DNA of 64,000 bases from Bacteroidales bacterium (lineage in GTDB: Bacteria; Bacteroidota; Bacteroidia; Bacteroidales; CAIWKO01): positions 134,349-198,348 of the forward strand of contig JALOBU010000002.1 in the NCBI GenBank assembly GCA_023228145.1, read 5' to 3'. Positions within the stretch are counted from its first letter, which is position 1. Each line of letters opens with the position of its first letter. Positions 18,138-29,508 of this stretch are shown piece by piece. Under the pieces are notes generated by a model, which worked only from the letters and a program-made list of their open reading frames with translations, was not told the origin of the DNA and did no database searches. Position numbers and translations under genes: made by a program.

Positions 18138-19082
18138 ATGAATGAAAAAATAATACGTTTAGATTTCATAAATCCTTTGGATTTTTTTGGTATTAATGAC
18201 CAAAACATTGAGTTCATACGCGGCTATTTCCCAAAATTGAAAATCATTGCCCGTGATAATTTACTGAAAGTTTTGGGAGAACCTGCTGAAATTGAATCCT
18301 TCGAAGAAACTATTTCTATTCTGATAAAACACTATAATGCTAAAGGATTTATTAATACTGAAATCATCCAGCAGGTTTTAAATGCAGATGCCAATACTGA
18401 ACAACTTAGTGGTGAACCACAAAACGACATCATTATTCATGGTCAGAACGGCATTCTTATAAGAGCTAAAACACCCAACCAACGTGCTTTAATAGAAAGC
18501 TGCCGTAGCAACGACCTTATTTTTGCTGTTGGCCCTGCCGGTACAGGCAAGACGTATACCTCTGTAGCCCTTGCAGTAAGGGCATTACGCAACAAGGAAG
18601 TGAAGCGCATCATTCTGACAAGGCCTGCAGTGGAAGCTGGTGAAAATCTCGGCTTTTTACCTGGCGACCTTAAAGACAAACTCGACCCATATATGCAGCC
18701 TTTGTACGACGCACTATGGGATATGCTGCCCACACAAAAACTCAGAACATATATTGAAGAACGCATCATAGAAATAGCCCCACTGGCTTATATGCGGGGC
18801 AGAACCCTCGACAACGCATTTGTCATCCTTGATGAAGCCCAAAACTCCACCATAAACCAGATGAAAATGTTTCTGACACGCATGGGACGTACTGCAAAAT
18901 TTATTGTTACAGGCGACATCACACAGATAGACCTTCCAAAAAATCAGGCTTCGGGGTTGGTGAATGCCATCGAGATACTGAAAGGAATAAAAGGCATTGA
19001 TATCATTTATTTCAACAACGCCGATATCATACGTCACAAACTGATAACTGAAATAATAAACGCCTATAACAAAGAAAAATGA
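18138..19082 (+). CDS. phoH: PhoH-family ATPase
   Basis: Walker A GPAGTGKTY, GFLPGDLKDKLDPY and AFVILDEAQN. Confidence 0.9.
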   Translation: MNEKIIRLDFINPLDFFGINDQNIEFIRGYFPKLKIIARDNLLKVLGEPAEIESFEETISILIKHYNAKGFINTEIIQQVLNADANTEQLSGEPQNDIIIHGQNGILIRAKTPNQRALIESCRSNDLIFAVGPAGTGKTYTSVALAVRALRNKEVKRIILTRPAVEAGENLGFLPGDLKDKLDPYMQPLYDALWDMLPTQKLRTYIEERIIEIAPLAYMRGRTLDNAFVILDEAQNSTINQMKMFLTRMGRTAKFIVTGDITQIDLPKNQASGLVNAIEILKGIKGIDIIYFNNADIIRHKLITEIINAYNKEK

Positions 19083-19576
19083 AGAAGCTGGCTGTACTTT
19101 TTCTTGTATCGCTTTTTTGTGTTTCATGCAGCAAATACGAAAACGGCCCTTCCCTAACACATCACTCAGCAAAAAAAAAACTGACAGCAAAATGGCAGCT
19201 GTCGAGCATTTTGTTGAATGCCAATGATACGGCTTCTGATTATTTTTCCCAGAACCTTCAAATTTACCCTTTCAATATTTATGCAGACTGGGACAAAAAC
19301 TATTACATAGCCATTTCACATCCTGATGGCAATCTTATTGCAAAATCGGGTTTAATAATAAATAAGCAGGTAACACAACTGAATTTTGCGATGGAATCAA
19401 TGGAATTATACGAAACCCTGGCTTCTTCCCTATTTATGCATATTCCTTTTTTACAACAGGAAAATGACTGGGTGATAAAGCACCTGACAAAGAAAGAGCT
19501 GTGGATATACACAATTTCCGGAGGAGTTAAATCTGAGTTACACTTTGATATGATTAGCGATTATGCGGATTACTAA
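19079..19576 (+). CDS. Hypothetical lipoprotein
   Basis: 165 aa with lipobox [11 protein letters not shown]. The start overlaps the phoH stop (ATGA). Confidence 0.6.
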   Translation: MKKLAVLFLVSLFCVSCSKYENGPSLTHHSAKKKLTAKWQLSSILLNANDTASDYFSQNLQIYPFNIYADWDKNYYIAISHPDGNLIAKSGLIINKQVTQLNFAMESMELYETLASSLFMHIPFLQQENDWVIKHLTKKELWIYTISGGVKSELHFDMISDYADY

Positions 19577-19592
19577 ACAAAATTTATATCCC

Positions 19593-20540
19593 ATGAACAA
19601 TGCAATTGTAAAAACATCATTTCAATTTCCCCGACAAAAAGGGTTTTATGAAGGAAAGGTAAGAGATGTTTATAATATTAACGACGAAATATTGCTGATG
19701 GTGGTCACTGACCGTATTTCGGCCTTTGACGTGGTGCTACCTAAAGGCATACCTTACAAAGGGCAGGTGCTGAATCAGATAGCAGCAAAATTTTTAGATG
19801 AAACCTTCGACATTGTCCCCAACTGGAAACTTGCCGTACCTGACCCCATGGTTACTGCCGGCATCAAATGCGAACCTTTTAAGGTTGAGATGGTCATTCG
19901 CGGATATTTATCTGGGCATGCCTGGCGTGAATACAAAGCCGGGAAACGCTCCCTGTGCGGCGAGCCCCTGCCCGAAGACATGAAAGAGAATGATAAATTT
20001 CCCCGGCCTATCATCACTCCCACCACTAAAGAAAGCATTGGGCATGATGAGGACATCTCAAAAGAAGATATAATCAGGCACGGACTGGTGTCTTCTGCTG
20101 ATTATGAAATGCTGGAGAAATACACCTATGATTTATTTAAACGAGGTACAGAGATTGCAGCAAAGATGGGTTTGATACTTGTTGACACTAAATACGAATT
20201 CGGCAAAAGGGACGGAAAGATATACTTGATCGACGAAATACACACACCTGATTCTTCGAGGTATTTTTACAAAGAAGGTTATGAAGAACGCCAGCGGGCC
20301 GGGCAGCCGCAAAAGCAACTCTCGAAGGAGTTTGTGAGAGAATGGCTCATGGATAATGGGTTTCAGGGCAAAGAAGGCCAGCAGGTTCCGGAGATGACCG
20401 AAGATATCGTGAACGGAATATCGGAGCGCTATATTGAACTTTATGAAAATATCACAGGGGAAAAATTTGTGAGAGCTGAAGTGGCAGATGTTCTGAACAG
20501 GGTAGAGAAAAACCTGAAGAGTTATTTGGAAAAATTTTAG
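19593..20540 (+). CDS. purC: Phosphoribosylaminoimidazole-succinocarboxamide (SAICAR) synthase
   Basis: [17 protein letters not shown] and LVDTKYEFG. The start is moved to MNNAIVK (ATG 19593) because the track start overlaps the upstream gene. Confidence 0.9.
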   Translation: MNNAIVKTSFQFPRQKGFYEGKVRDVYNINDEILLMVVTDRISAFDVVLPKGIPYKGQVLNQIAAKFLDETFDIVPNWKLAVPDPMVTAGIKCEPFKVEMVIRGYLSGHAWREYKAGKRSLCGEPLPEDMKENDKFPRPIITPTTKESIGHDEDISKEDIIRHGLVSSADYEMLEKYTYDLFKRGTEIAAKMGLILVDTKYEFGKRDGKIYLIDEIHTPDSSRYFYKEGYEERQRAGQPQKQLSKEFVREWLMDNGFQGKEGQQVPEMTEDIVNGISERYIELYENITGEKFVRAEVADVLNRVEKNLKSYLEKF

Positions 20541-20691
20541 TTGCTGGATGGCCATTTGGCAGTAATAAGTTGTCAGCATTGCAATTAACTTGTTTGACGC
20601 TTGAAAAATGGCTTTAGATGACCATTTTTGCTAATTATACCTAAAATTTTAATTACAGAGAAAATAAAAGATATTTTACCACATAAATACC

Positions 20692-21210
20692 ATGAAAAAA
20701 GCGTTAATCATTTTATTGGCAATAGTTACTTCATTTGGGCTTGGTTTTGCGTTTAATAATATAATAACTAAAAAATCAAGCACTGAGGAGAGCATTAGAA
20801 AAGTAACAGGCATAGGAGGCATTTTCTTTAAATGTAAAGACCCTGAAAAAGTTAGAAACTGGTATCAAACCCATCTGGGATTTAATACCAACCCTTACGG
20901 AGCAATTTTTGAATGGCGACAGGGCAATGATAGCACTCAGAAAGGCTATACACAATGGAGTCCGTTTTCTGAAAAAACCAGTTATTTTGACAAAGATTTC
21001 ATGATAAATTACAGGGTAGAAAACTTAGAAACTCTTGTGATGGAATTAACAAAAAATGGTGTAAGCATTTTAGATACTATACAAACAGACGAGCTTGGGA
21101 AATTTGTTCACATTCTTGATATCGAAGGCAACAAAATTGAATTATGGGAACCCAATGATATTGCTTGTGAAAACTATGGAAAAGAAAATGGAATCCCGAC
21201 AATAAAATGA
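20692..21210 (+). CDS. VOC/glyoxalase-family protein with N-terminal membrane anchor or signal
   Basis: 172 aa. GIGGIFFKCKDPEKVRNWYQTHLGF ... DIEGNKIELWEP is typical of the glyoxalase/bleomycin-resistance fold. Confidence 0.65.
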   Translation: MKKALIILLAIVTSFGLGFAFNNIITKKSSTEESIRKVTGIGGIFFKCKDPEKVRNWYQTHLGFNTNPYGAIFEWRQGNDSTQKGYTQWSPFSEKTSYFDKDFMINYRVENLETLVMELTKNGVSILDTIQTDELGKFVHILDIEGNKIELWEPNDIACENYGKENGIPTIK

Positions 21211-21436
21211 ACAAATTATTGTCTTTAACGTCATTCCGGTATCTTCAAAAAAATTCAAAAAAAATTGCGCCGATTGACAAATGAAAAATATACAAACTGA
21301 TTTCATGTAATTACACTCATTATCAATGTTAAACATAAAACCAAGGCTCCTCTAAAATAAAAAACAATTACATTTATTTGAAAGAATTTGTATTTTTATA
21401 TATTCATAAACTTCACAAAATTTTCAACTTAAGAAA

Positions 21437-23644
21437 TTGAAAAACACATTACTGTTCATCGTTGTTTTGTTTTTCGGGACATTACACAGTAGTGCTCAAA
21501 GCAGCCTTCCAACCGGAAGCCTCGATTTTGCCGACCAATATAGTGGCTACGGCTGGGCTTACGACCCGGATGCTTTGATACTGCCCATTGATGTCCACAT
21601 TTACATTGACGGCAGGCTGTATGATATTGTGACGGCAAATGAAAACCGTCCCGATCTGGTTACCGGAGGCGTTACCCCGGACCCTTATCACGGGTTCAGC
21701 TTTAGCATAAGTGGCTTTGACCTGACAAGGGCACATGAAATTATTGTATTTGCTATTAATTACGGTGGCGGCCCCAACCCCGCCCTGACAAATTGCCCTG
21801 CACGAGTTGGTGTTATACCTCTTGGCGAAGCTGTCATCAGCAATGTTGCCGGACCTTCCAATATTACAATAACTACCACACAGCGGCTTGCCGGTGCCAT
21901 CGGCTCGCTGACATGGAACGGCAGAGAATTTATTGACAGTTATGACCATGGCAGAGAACTGCAATCCGCTACTTCATTCAACAACTGGGGCGAGTGCTTC
22001 AACCCTACGGAAGCCGGCTCAAACCAGGATGGTACCGGAAATACAAGCACCAGTTTTTTACAATATATCAGCACCACAGCTAATTACCTTGAGACACAAA
22101 CCCTGCCTGCTTTCTGGACACAGCCGGGCTTAATAGCACCCGGATGCGGCGCCGCCTTGAACACCATGCAGCGTTCATCACATTATTTTCATAAAAAAGT
22201 AACTATCGGAATGCCGGGCATGGCTCATGTGATTCAATACCTTACAGAGTTTGACATTCCCTATCCCGAAAGTTATACTTCCGGCACGTTTGAAGTTGTT
22301 ACTGCATATATGCCACCAGATATGTCGGTATTCTGGAATTACAATCCTGCCAATCAGCAACTCACGTCTTTGTCTGATGACCCCGTGGAACAAGAACTCC
22401 CTATAATTTTTTCTACAGTTGACCAGAACTATGCGATGGGAATATATACTCCAGACCTGCCGGACAACTCATTTCCGAATCATGGTTATGGGAGGTTCCG
22501 GTATCCTTCCTGCACAAAATGGAACTGTGTTTTCAGGGAAAGCCCTGTTACAGCCGGGACATATAAATACCGAAGTTATGTCATAGTTGGCTCCCTTCAA
22601 AATGTTCAAAACTCCATGACCCAGCTTTATAATTTTTTTACCATCACGGCAGATTTTTCTCCTGACACTGTTTGTGCAGGAGTATCTTTTACATTTACCA
22701 GCCTCAGCACCGGAGCAAACTCCGATACACGCTATCAGTGGGATATTTATGACAACGGCAGCATTGATGACAGTGCTTCAAACTTTACTTATATATTTGA
22801 TTCTCCTGGGACATACCCTGTCAGACTAACAGCTATAAACGGAGTTGCAGCCGCACATCAAAGCAGCATTGTAAAAAATGTTGTAGTTATTGCCCCACCT
22901 GATGCCGGCAACATTGCAGGTAGCACAAACGTTTGCGAAGGAAGTCATCAAATATACAGTATAGCTTCAATCCCCTATGCCACTTTGTACGAATGGTCGT
23001 TACCAACGGGCTGGGAAGGAAGCTCCGATTCATCAGCTATCACCATAACTGCCGGAGCTAATGGGGGCAATATTGGGGTTACAGTTTCTAATCCCTGGTG
23101 CAGCGGAGTACCTTCTTCCATAGATATCACTGTTAAACCGGCACCCCTTACTCCAGTCATTTCTTACGACCTTATTGTCCTATCCTCTGATGCTCTTTTA
23201 GGCAATCAATGGTATTATGAAAATGAAATTATTCCGGGGGCAATATTACCAGTACACACTCCGCTTTTATCAGGGCACTATTTTGTTATCGTAACTGGCA
23301 CAAACGGCTGCCCCTCGGACACATCAAATATCATATATGTCGGCTTATCGGGCATGAACGATTTTCCGACAAAAAATGACATTTACAATTTGTATCCCGT
23401 TCCCGCTGTTGAATACATTTACATTCAGAAAAACTCTGTAAACGATGATTTGAATACTGCCGTTTTAATTTATAATGCGCAAGGGCAACTGCTTTTAAAA
23501 CAGCAATTGCTAAAAAACCTCACACAAATTGATATTTCTAAATTTGCTGAAGGACTGTATTTCGTAAAATTTGAAACCTCTGATGAATTTGTAATAAAAA
23601 AGTTCATCAAACAATTAAGCCCGTCACATTTTAAGAAACACTGA
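21437..23644 (+). CDS. Secreted multidomain protein with PKD-like domain and T9SS (Por) C-terminal sorting domain
   Basis: TTG start with a good signal peptide. It has a PKD-like segment (FSPDTVCAGVSFTFTS...YPVRLTA) and a C-terminal segment LYPVPAVEYIYIQ...GLYFVKFETSDEFVIKKFIK. Confidence 0.75.
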   Translation: MKNTLLFIVVLFFGTLHSSAQSSLPTGSLDFADQYSGYGWAYDPDALILPIDVHIYIDGRLYDIVTANENRPDLVTGGVTPDPYHGFSFSISGFDLTRAHEIIVFAINYGGGPNPALTNCPARVGVIPLGEAVISNVAGPSNITITTTQRLAGAIGSLTWNGREFIDSYDHGRELQSATSFNNWGECFNPTEAGSNQDGTGNTSTSFLQYISTTANYLETQTLPAFWTQPGLIAPGCGAALNTMQRSSHYFHKKVTIGMPGMAHVIQYLTEFDIPYPESYTSGTFEVVTAYMPPDMSVFWNYNPANQQLTSLSDDPVEQELPIIFSTVDQNYAMGIYTPDLPDNSFPNHGYGRFRYPSCTKWNCVFRESPVTAGTYKYRSYVIVGSLQNVQNSMTQLYNFFTITADFSPDTVCAGVSFTFTSLSTGANSDTRYQWDIYDNGSIDDSASNFTYIFDSPGTYPVRLTAINGVAAAHQSSIVKNVVVIAPPDAGNIAGSTNVCEGSHQIYSIASIPYATLYEWSLPTGWEGSSDSSAITITAGANGGNIGVTVSNPWCSGVPSSIDITVKPAPLTPVISYDLIVLSSDALLGNQWYYENEIIPGAILPVHTPLLSGHYFVIVTGTNGCPSDTSNIIYVGLSGMNDFPTKNDIYNLYPVPAVEYIYIQKNSVNDDLNTAVLIYNAQGQLLLKQQLLKNLTQIDISKFAEGLYFVKFETSDEFVIKKFIKQLSPSHFKKH

Positions 23645-23664
23645 AACGATATTCAGTAAAAAAA

Positions 23665-24303
23665 TCATTCAAGGTACGGATTGTTCAATTTTTCATGCCC
23701 GATGGTGCTCACATTCATGTGGCCGGGATAAACGGTGTAATCGTCGCCAAGGGTGAGCAACTTATCCTTGATGTTTTTTATGAGTAAATCATAATTGCCC
23801 GTGGGAAGGTCGGTGCGGCCTATGCTTTCACGGAACAGAACATCACCTGTGAATACCATCTTCTGCTCATGATACACCAGGCAAACACTGCCTTCGGCAT
23901 GGCCCGGTGTGTAGAGCACATCAAACCTTTCCTTTCCTAAGAATATGGGTTCACCTTCGATAATAAAACCAACAGGAACCACAGGCCTTTCCAGATGAAA
24001 TCCAAATACCGAAGCATAACCCACCGAAGCACGCAAAAACTCTTTACCTGCAGGATGTATCCATGCACCAACACCGTATTTGTCTTCAATATGTGCAATG
24101 CCAAGGATATGGTCAATGTGGCAGTGTGTGATAAGCTGTTTTTCGATAGTTAAGCCGGAAAAATCAATAAAGTCATCAAAGCGTTTTTGTTCAGATTTAG
24201 TATAACAACCAGGGTCAACAACAACACAATTGTTATTATCATTGATAAGCACATACGTATTTACACCAAATCCATTGAATTCAAATGATTTAACAGTAAT
24301 CAT
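23665..24303 (-). CDS. MBL-fold metallo-hydrolase (glyoxalase II-like)
   Basis: THCHIDH metal motif, TPGHAEGS and GDVLF. Confidence 0.85.
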   Translation of the reverse strand: MITVKSFEFNGFGVNTYVLINDNNNCVVVDPGCYTKSEQKRFDDFIDFSGLTIEKQLITHCHIDHILGIAHIEDKYGVGAWIHPAGKEFLRASVGYASVFGFHLERPVVPVGFIIEGEPIFLGKERFDVLYTPGHAEGSVCLVYHEQKMVFTGDVLFRESIGRTDLPTGNYDLLIKNIKDKLLTLGDDYTVYPGHMNVSTIGHEKLNNPYLE

Positions 24304-24316
24304 AACATCTTATTGT

Positions 24317-25975
24317 TTATAAAAAAGCCGGGCATTCCACAGCTTTCATTTTCTTAAATTGAAGTGTTACAGTTTTTGGGTATTTTACCGTGTAACCCAT
24401 TTTCACAGTTTGCAGTTTTCCTGGGTCAATATTGAAATTCCATTTTAAAAATCCTGTTGCCAGATCATGTTGCGCAGCTGAAATCTGGTCAACGGTAACT
24501 TCAATTTCCTGGTTGTTGCTTACAGGCAGCTGATCCTGAATCTCCACAGTAATAGGTGCAGTGCGGTTATTCTTCACCGAAATTTCATACACATAGGTCG
24601 CTTTGCGTTTTGTGCCGATGAGTACTTTGCTGCTGTATTCTTTCAGTTTCACTCGGTCAACCTGTATTCGACTATCACGGCCTAGAGACACCTGCAGCGT
24701 ATCTGATATTTCGTTGGGGTTTAGGTAGGATTGCCCAACAAAGGTTCCATTGAGATAAATATTGGCGTTGCCTTCCACAAGGTTCAGTTCTTCCCAATCG
24801 CCGATACAAGCCAGCAGGAAAGCGCTTTTTTCTGCTGCAGGTACGCATACATAGCGGTAAGTGGCAGCAAGGGAATATTCGTCAACATCAACTATATATG
24901 GTTGCGCATCGGAAGAAAAAGTGTAGCGGTTTTTAATGGGGAAATAAAAGCTCATTTCGGGTACCTCTATCCGCTTATTTCTTACCTTCTGTTGCTGAAT
25001 ATTCTGGTCATCTCCTTTGGTTTGCTCAAAAACATACTGGTTTTCGTTGTTTACAGAATAATAGCCCGATTTATCTTTGTTATAAATGTTGGAGTAAGTA
25101 TTCAGGTACCATGTTTTCATCTCTGGAACATTGATGCTTTGCATAGGGTCTGCGGTAGACAAGATGACAGACACATGATCCCATTTGATTCCGCAATTAT
25201 TATAGGCTTTTGCCCTATAATTAAGTTTTATCGGTTTACTTATATCATCACATTTTAGGTCATAGTAAGGCATCCATCCTGCTTCTTTAACTACATAAGA
25301 AAACTCCAGAGTAGTGCTTTGAACATTCTCTGCCATAATCAGCACCAACACTTCTGATAATTGATTTTGAGATAAAACCTTAAGTTTCCCAGCTTTTATT
25401 TGAAGAGCAGTAAGTAAAGATTTTAATGACTCTTCATCTGCAGATAGGTCGGAGATTCGCTTGTTAATTTCGAAAATCTTTTGTTGATAATAATCGGCAG
25501 CCTTTTGCAGGTCTAGGAAATTCACCCCATTGTTGTCTCCGCCCAGTGAAATATTTTTCATCAGGACGTCCTTCTGAACGCTGAGGGCATTTTTTTCATC
25601 ACCAATCAGGTTGATCTTCTTTAGAAGTAGTTTAACAGAATCACTTACTATACTGAACTTTAACATTTCGCTTTCCACATTTTCGAAGGTTTTTCTATGT
25701 ACCACAGAAAGAACAGCCGATTTTTCGTCAGAGGTAATACGTATGCTTGAAACATCAATACCAGGTGCCAGTCCTTTGATTTCGACAAGGTTTCGGCCCG
25801 CAACAAGATTCACCGGGATTTTATATCTTAACTGGGCACCGTTAAGGTAGATGATAACATCATTAATTTCGGGTGTTGCTTTAATAACATTCTCTTTCTG
25901 GGCATACAAATCTGCCGACAAAAAGATACTAAAAAGTATCAGAACAATAAGTTTTTTCATAAGGTTTTTTTTCAA
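24317..25975 (-). CDS. DUF4140/DUF4139 (MuiA-like) family protein
   Basis: 552 aa with a signal peptide. The N-terminal V.IYLNGAQL...GLAPGIDVSSIRI pattern, a central coiled coil and a beta-rich C-terminal part fit TIGR02231-type proteins. Confidence 0.55.
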   Translation of the reverse strand: MKKNLMKKLIVLILFSIFLSADLYAQKENVIKATPEINDVIIYLNGAQLRYKIPVNLVAGRNLVEIKGLAPGIDVSSIRITSDEKSAVLSVVHRKTFENVESEMLKFSIVSDSVKLLLKKINLIGDEKNALSVQKDVLMKNISLGGDNNGVNFLDLQKAADYYQQKIFEINKRISDLSADEESLKSLLTALQIKAGKLKVLSQNQLSEVLVLIMAENVQSTTLEFSYVVKEAGWMPYYDLKCDDISKPIKLNYRAKAYNNCGIKWDHVSVILSTADPMQSINVPEMKTWYLNTYSNIYNKDKSGYYSVNNENQYVFEQTKGDDQNIQQQKVRNKRIEVPEMSFYFPIKNRYTFSSDAQPYIVDVDEYSLAATYRYVCVPAAEKSAFLLACIGDWEELNLVEGNANIYLNGTFVGQSYLNPNEISDTLQVSLGRDSRIQVDRVKLKEYSSKVLIGTKRKATYVYEISVKNNRTAPITVEIQDQLPVSNNQEIEVTVDQISAAQHDLATGFLKWNFNIDPGKLQTVKMGYTVKYPKTVTLQFKKMKAVECPAFL

Positions 25976-26139
25976 AATTAAATAATTAAGAGGATATAAA
26001 AAAAATTAAAAATATTGTCGTACAATAAAATCTCAATGACAATAATTAAAAAACTCAAGAAGTTCATTGGTAGTATATTTAAAAAAACTAATTTTGAGCG
26101 ACCAATTCAAAAAACCATTTTAATAACTTATCAAACCAT

Positions 26140-27102
26140 ATGAAAAAAATACTTATTGTTGGAGCTGTGGGCCAGATAGGATCTGAGCTGACAATGGAAC
26201 TCCGCAGGATTTATGGCAATGACAATGTTATTGCCAGTACACGCAAATCACCTCCCTCTGAAACGGTTGCCAAATCAGGCCCTTTCGAATATTTTGATGT
26301 ACTAAACAAACAGGCGCTTGCCGATGCATGCAAAAAATACAATGTTGATTGTATAGTAAATTTAGCTGCTATCCTTTCTGCTGTTGGAGAGCAAAATCCC
26401 CTTATGGCCTGGGATATAAACATGAACGGACTTTTCAACGTCCTTGAAATTTCCCGCGAAATGAAAATGAAGCAAGTGCTCGTTCCCAGTTCTATTGCAG
26501 TTTTTGGCCCGGGAACTCCGCTTGATTGCGCCCCTCAGGAAACCGTGCTGCACCCCTCCACAATGTATGGAATAACCAAAGTGGCAGGAGAACTTGTGGC
26601 AGATTATTATGTGAAAAAATATGGTCTCGATGTTCGCGGATTACGTTATCCGGGAATTATAAGCAACGAAACCTTGCCCGGCGGAGGAACTACCGACTAT
26701 GCAGTTGCCATCTATTACGATGCAGTAAAATACGGGAAATATACATGTTTTGTAAAAGAAGATACCCGCTTGCCGATGATGTATATGCCCGACTGCCTCA
26801 AAGCTACCGTCGACTTATTGCAGGCTGACTTCTCAAAACTGAAACATCACAGCGATTTTAATGTCGGCGCCATGAGCTTTTCCGTAAAAGAAATGGCAGA
26901 GAATATTAAAAAATACATGCCTGATTTCACCATAGAATATAAACCCGACTTCCGTCAGGCTATTGCCGACAGTTGGCCTGATGCAGTGGATGATACAGCA
27001 GCACGCGAGGAATGGGGGTGGAAACCAAGTTATGACCTTGATGCCATGACACAGGACATGCTTAAAGTAATCGGTGAAAAACATAAAAAAGGATTAATTT
27101 AA
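26140..27102 (+). CDS. tdh: L-threonine 3-dehydrogenase, NAD-dependent epimerase/dehydratase (SDR) type
   Basis: GAVGQIGSEL Rossmann motif and YGITK catalytic motif. It lies directly upstream of kbl. Confidence 0.8.
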   Translation: MKKILIVGAVGQIGSELTMELRRIYGNDNVIASTRKSPPSETVAKSGPFEYFDVLNKQALADACKKYNVDCIVNLAAILSAVGEQNPLMAWDINMNGLFNVLEISREMKMKQVLVPSSIAVFGPGTPLDCAPQETVLHPSTMYGITKVAGELVADYYVKKYGLDVRGLRYPGIISNETLPGGGTTDYAVAIYYDAVKYGKYTCFVKEDTRLPMMYMPDCLKATVDLLQADFSKLKHHSDFNVGAMSFSVKEMAENIKKYMPDFTIEYKPDFRQAIADSWPDAVDDTAAREEWGWKPSYDLDAMTQDMLKVIGEKHKKGLI

Positions 27103-27211
27103 AAGTACTTTAAGTGCGCTAAAGTTTTAAGTGCCTAAAGCTACAGAAGTAAAACCATTTAGGCACTCCACTCACTTCAAACAAAAATAAATATTAAAGG
27201 AGATATAAAAA

Positions 27212-28459
27212 ATGCAAACAAAAATCAAATCTTACCTGGCAGAAGAACTTCAAAAGCTTCAGGACCAGAAACTTTTTAAACACGAACGTATTATTGAAAG
27301 TCCTCAGGGCGCTGAAATTATCGTGAAAGGCAAAAAATGCCTGAACTTTTGCGCTAACAATTACCTTGGCCTTTCTTCCCACCCCGAACTAATTAAAGCT
27401 TCACACGAAGAGATTGACAGGCGTGGTTATGGTTTGTCGTCCGTACGTTTTATCTGCGGCACACAGGACATCCACAAAGAACTGGAACGCAAGGTTTCTG
27501 AATTCCTCGGCATGGAAGACACCATATTGTTTTCCTCATGTTTTGATGCTAATGGGGCTGTTTTTGAACCATTACTGGGTGAAGAAGATGCTATCATCAC
27601 TGATGCTCTGAATCATGCATCCATTATTGACGGCATCCGTCTTTGCAAAGCCCAGCGCTGGATATACAAACATGGCGACATGCGGGACGTTGAAGAAATT
27701 GACCCGGCTAACGATAAAATGGCTAAAGGTCTGGAACGCTGTCTGAAAGAAGCACGCGAAAAAGGCTGCCGTTTTATCATGATAGCGACTGACGGTTCAT
27801 TTTCTATGGACGGTGACATTGCCAAATTAGATGAGATTTGCAAGCTGGCAGAAAAATACGACGCCCTGGTAATGGTTGATGATAGCCACTCCACAGGGTT
27901 TCTCGGAAAAACCGGTCGCGGTACACACGAATACAGGGGTGTAATGGGCAAAGTAGATATCATCACCACCACTTTCGGAAAAGCTCTTGGAGGAGCATCC
28001 GGCGGTTGTATCTCATCAAGCAAAGAAATTATAAGCTGGATGCGCAACAAAGCACGCCCCTATCTTTTTTCCAATACCGTAGCGCCGGCTGTTGTCGGGG
28101 CAACTATAAAAGTAATGGATTTGCTGATGGGCAGTACAGCATTACGTGATAAACTGGAAAAGAATACTAAATATTTCCGCACAAAAATGACAGAAGCCGG
28201 TTTTGACATCGTCCCCGGCGACCACCCCATAGTTCCTATCATGTTCGGCAAATACCCCGACTGCTCTAAGCTGGCAGTTGACTTTGCCAATAAAATGCTG
28301 GATGAAGGTATTTACGTGATCGCTTTCTCCTTCCCTGTGGTAGCCAAAGGCAAAGACCGTATCCGTGTGCAAATCTCTGCCGGCCATGACATAGAACACC
28401 TTGATAAGGCTATATCTGCTTTCACTAAAGTGGGTAAAGAGCTTGAAATGATAAAGTAG
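27212..28459 (+). CDS. kbl: Glycine C-acetyltransferase (2-amino-3-ketobutyrate CoA ligase)
   Basis: NNYLGLS, DALNHASIIDG, MVDDSHSTG, TFGKALGGASGG (PLP lysine) and RPYLFSN. Confidence 0.9.
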   Translation: MQTKIKSYLAEELQKLQDQKLFKHERIIESPQGAEIIVKGKKCLNFCANNYLGLSSHPELIKASHEEIDRRGYGLSSVRFICGTQDIHKELERKVSEFLGMEDTILFSSCFDANGAVFEPLLGEEDAIITDALNHASIIDGIRLCKAQRWIYKHGDMRDVEEIDPANDKMAKGLERCLKEAREKGCRFIMIATDGSFSMDGDIAKLDEICKLAEKYDALVMVDDSHSTGFLGKTGRGTHEYRGVMGKVDIITTTFGKALGGASGGCISSSKEIISWMRNKARPYLFSNTVAPAVVGATIKVMDLLMGSTALRDKLEKNTKYFRTKMTEAGFDIVPGDHPIVPIMFGKYPDCSKLAVDFANKMLDEGIYVIAFSFPVVAKGKDRIRVQISAGHDIEHLDKAISAFTKVGKELEMIK

Positions 28460-28474
28460 GTTTTATAAAAAAAG

Positions 28475-28505
28475 AAAAGGGTGGCGAATGCCACCCTTTT
28501 TTTAT
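28475..28505 (+). terminator. Rho-independent terminator after kbl
   Basis: GGGTGGC (28479-28485), loop GAAT, GCCACCC (28490-28496), then a T-tract. Confidence 0.8.
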
Positions 28506-28548
28506 TTTGTTTCGACGAAAAATAATTTATAAATAGCTATAAAAAACT

Positions 28549-29451
28549 ATGTTCTCTGAACACATTGGAGAATTTGCCGCATTATTCACTGCCTGTTGCT
28601 GGACAGTTACCGCACTTGCCTTTGAATCTGCAAGCAACAAGGTAGGCTCTATTGCTGTGAACCTGCTTCGCCTTTTACTTGCATTGATATTTCTCAGCAT
28701 ATTTTCGTTTTTTATACGTGGCCAATTTTTACCCATTGATGCAAGCGCCAATACATGGTTGTGGCTTTCGCTTTCGGGATTGATAGGCTTTGTTATAGGC
28801 GATTTGTTTCTTTTTGAGTCTTATACCATCATCGGTTCAAGAATTTCCATGCTTATCATGGCGTTGGTACCACCCATGACAGCCTTGTTAAGCCTGTTGA
28901 TGCTGGGCGAAACACTGACGTTATTCAACATGCTGGGCATGTTACTAACATTAAGTGGTATTTTCATAGTGATTATCAATAAAGGTAATGGTAAAAAAGT
29001 ATTCTCGTTTGTACATTCATTCAAAGGAATTTTATTTGCATTTATCGGCGCTGTCGGGCAGGCAGTAGGCCTGGTATTCAGCAAATTGGGAATGGGAAAC
29101 TATAATGCTTTTGCCGCTACACAAATTCGCATAATTATCGGAATTATTGGCTTTGCAATAGTAATCACTGCCTGGAAAAAATGGAAAAATGTCGGCAATG
29201 CCATTCAAAATGTATCTGCGCTGAAACGCATAGGGCTGGGCTCCATATTCGGACCATTTTTAGGGGTATCGTTTTCATTATTTGCAATACAACATACACA
29301 TGCGGGAATAGCATCCACCATTATGGCTATTGTTCCTGTACTTATTATACCGGCTTCTGTCATTTTCCTGCATCAGAAAGTAAACTGGAGAGATGTTATT
29401 GGTGCTATATTAAGTGTTTGCGGAATTGCCTTATTCTTTATAAGCAAATAA
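28549..29451 (+). CDS. EamA/DMT-family transporter
   Basis: 300 aa with ~10 TM helices in two repeated halves. Confidence 0.75.
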   Translation: MFSEHIGEFAALFTACCWTVTALAFESASNKVGSIAVNLLRLLLALIFLSIFSFFIRGQFLPIDASANTWLWLSLSGLIGFVIGDLFLFESYTIIGSRISMLIMALVPPMTALLSLLMLGETLTLFNMLGMLLTLSGIFIVIINKGNGKKVFSFVHSFKGILFAFIGAVGQAVGLVFSKLGMGNYNAFAATQIRIIIGIIGFAIVITAWKKWKNVGNAIQNVSALKRIGLGSIFGPFLGVSFSLFAIQHTHAGIASTIMAIVPVLIIPASVIFLHQKVNWRDVIGAILSVCGIALFFISK

Positions 29452-29508
29452 ACATCATTTAAACAGAAAATCGCTTAGGCAAGAGAGCTAAAACCAGATA
29501 AAAATGTT

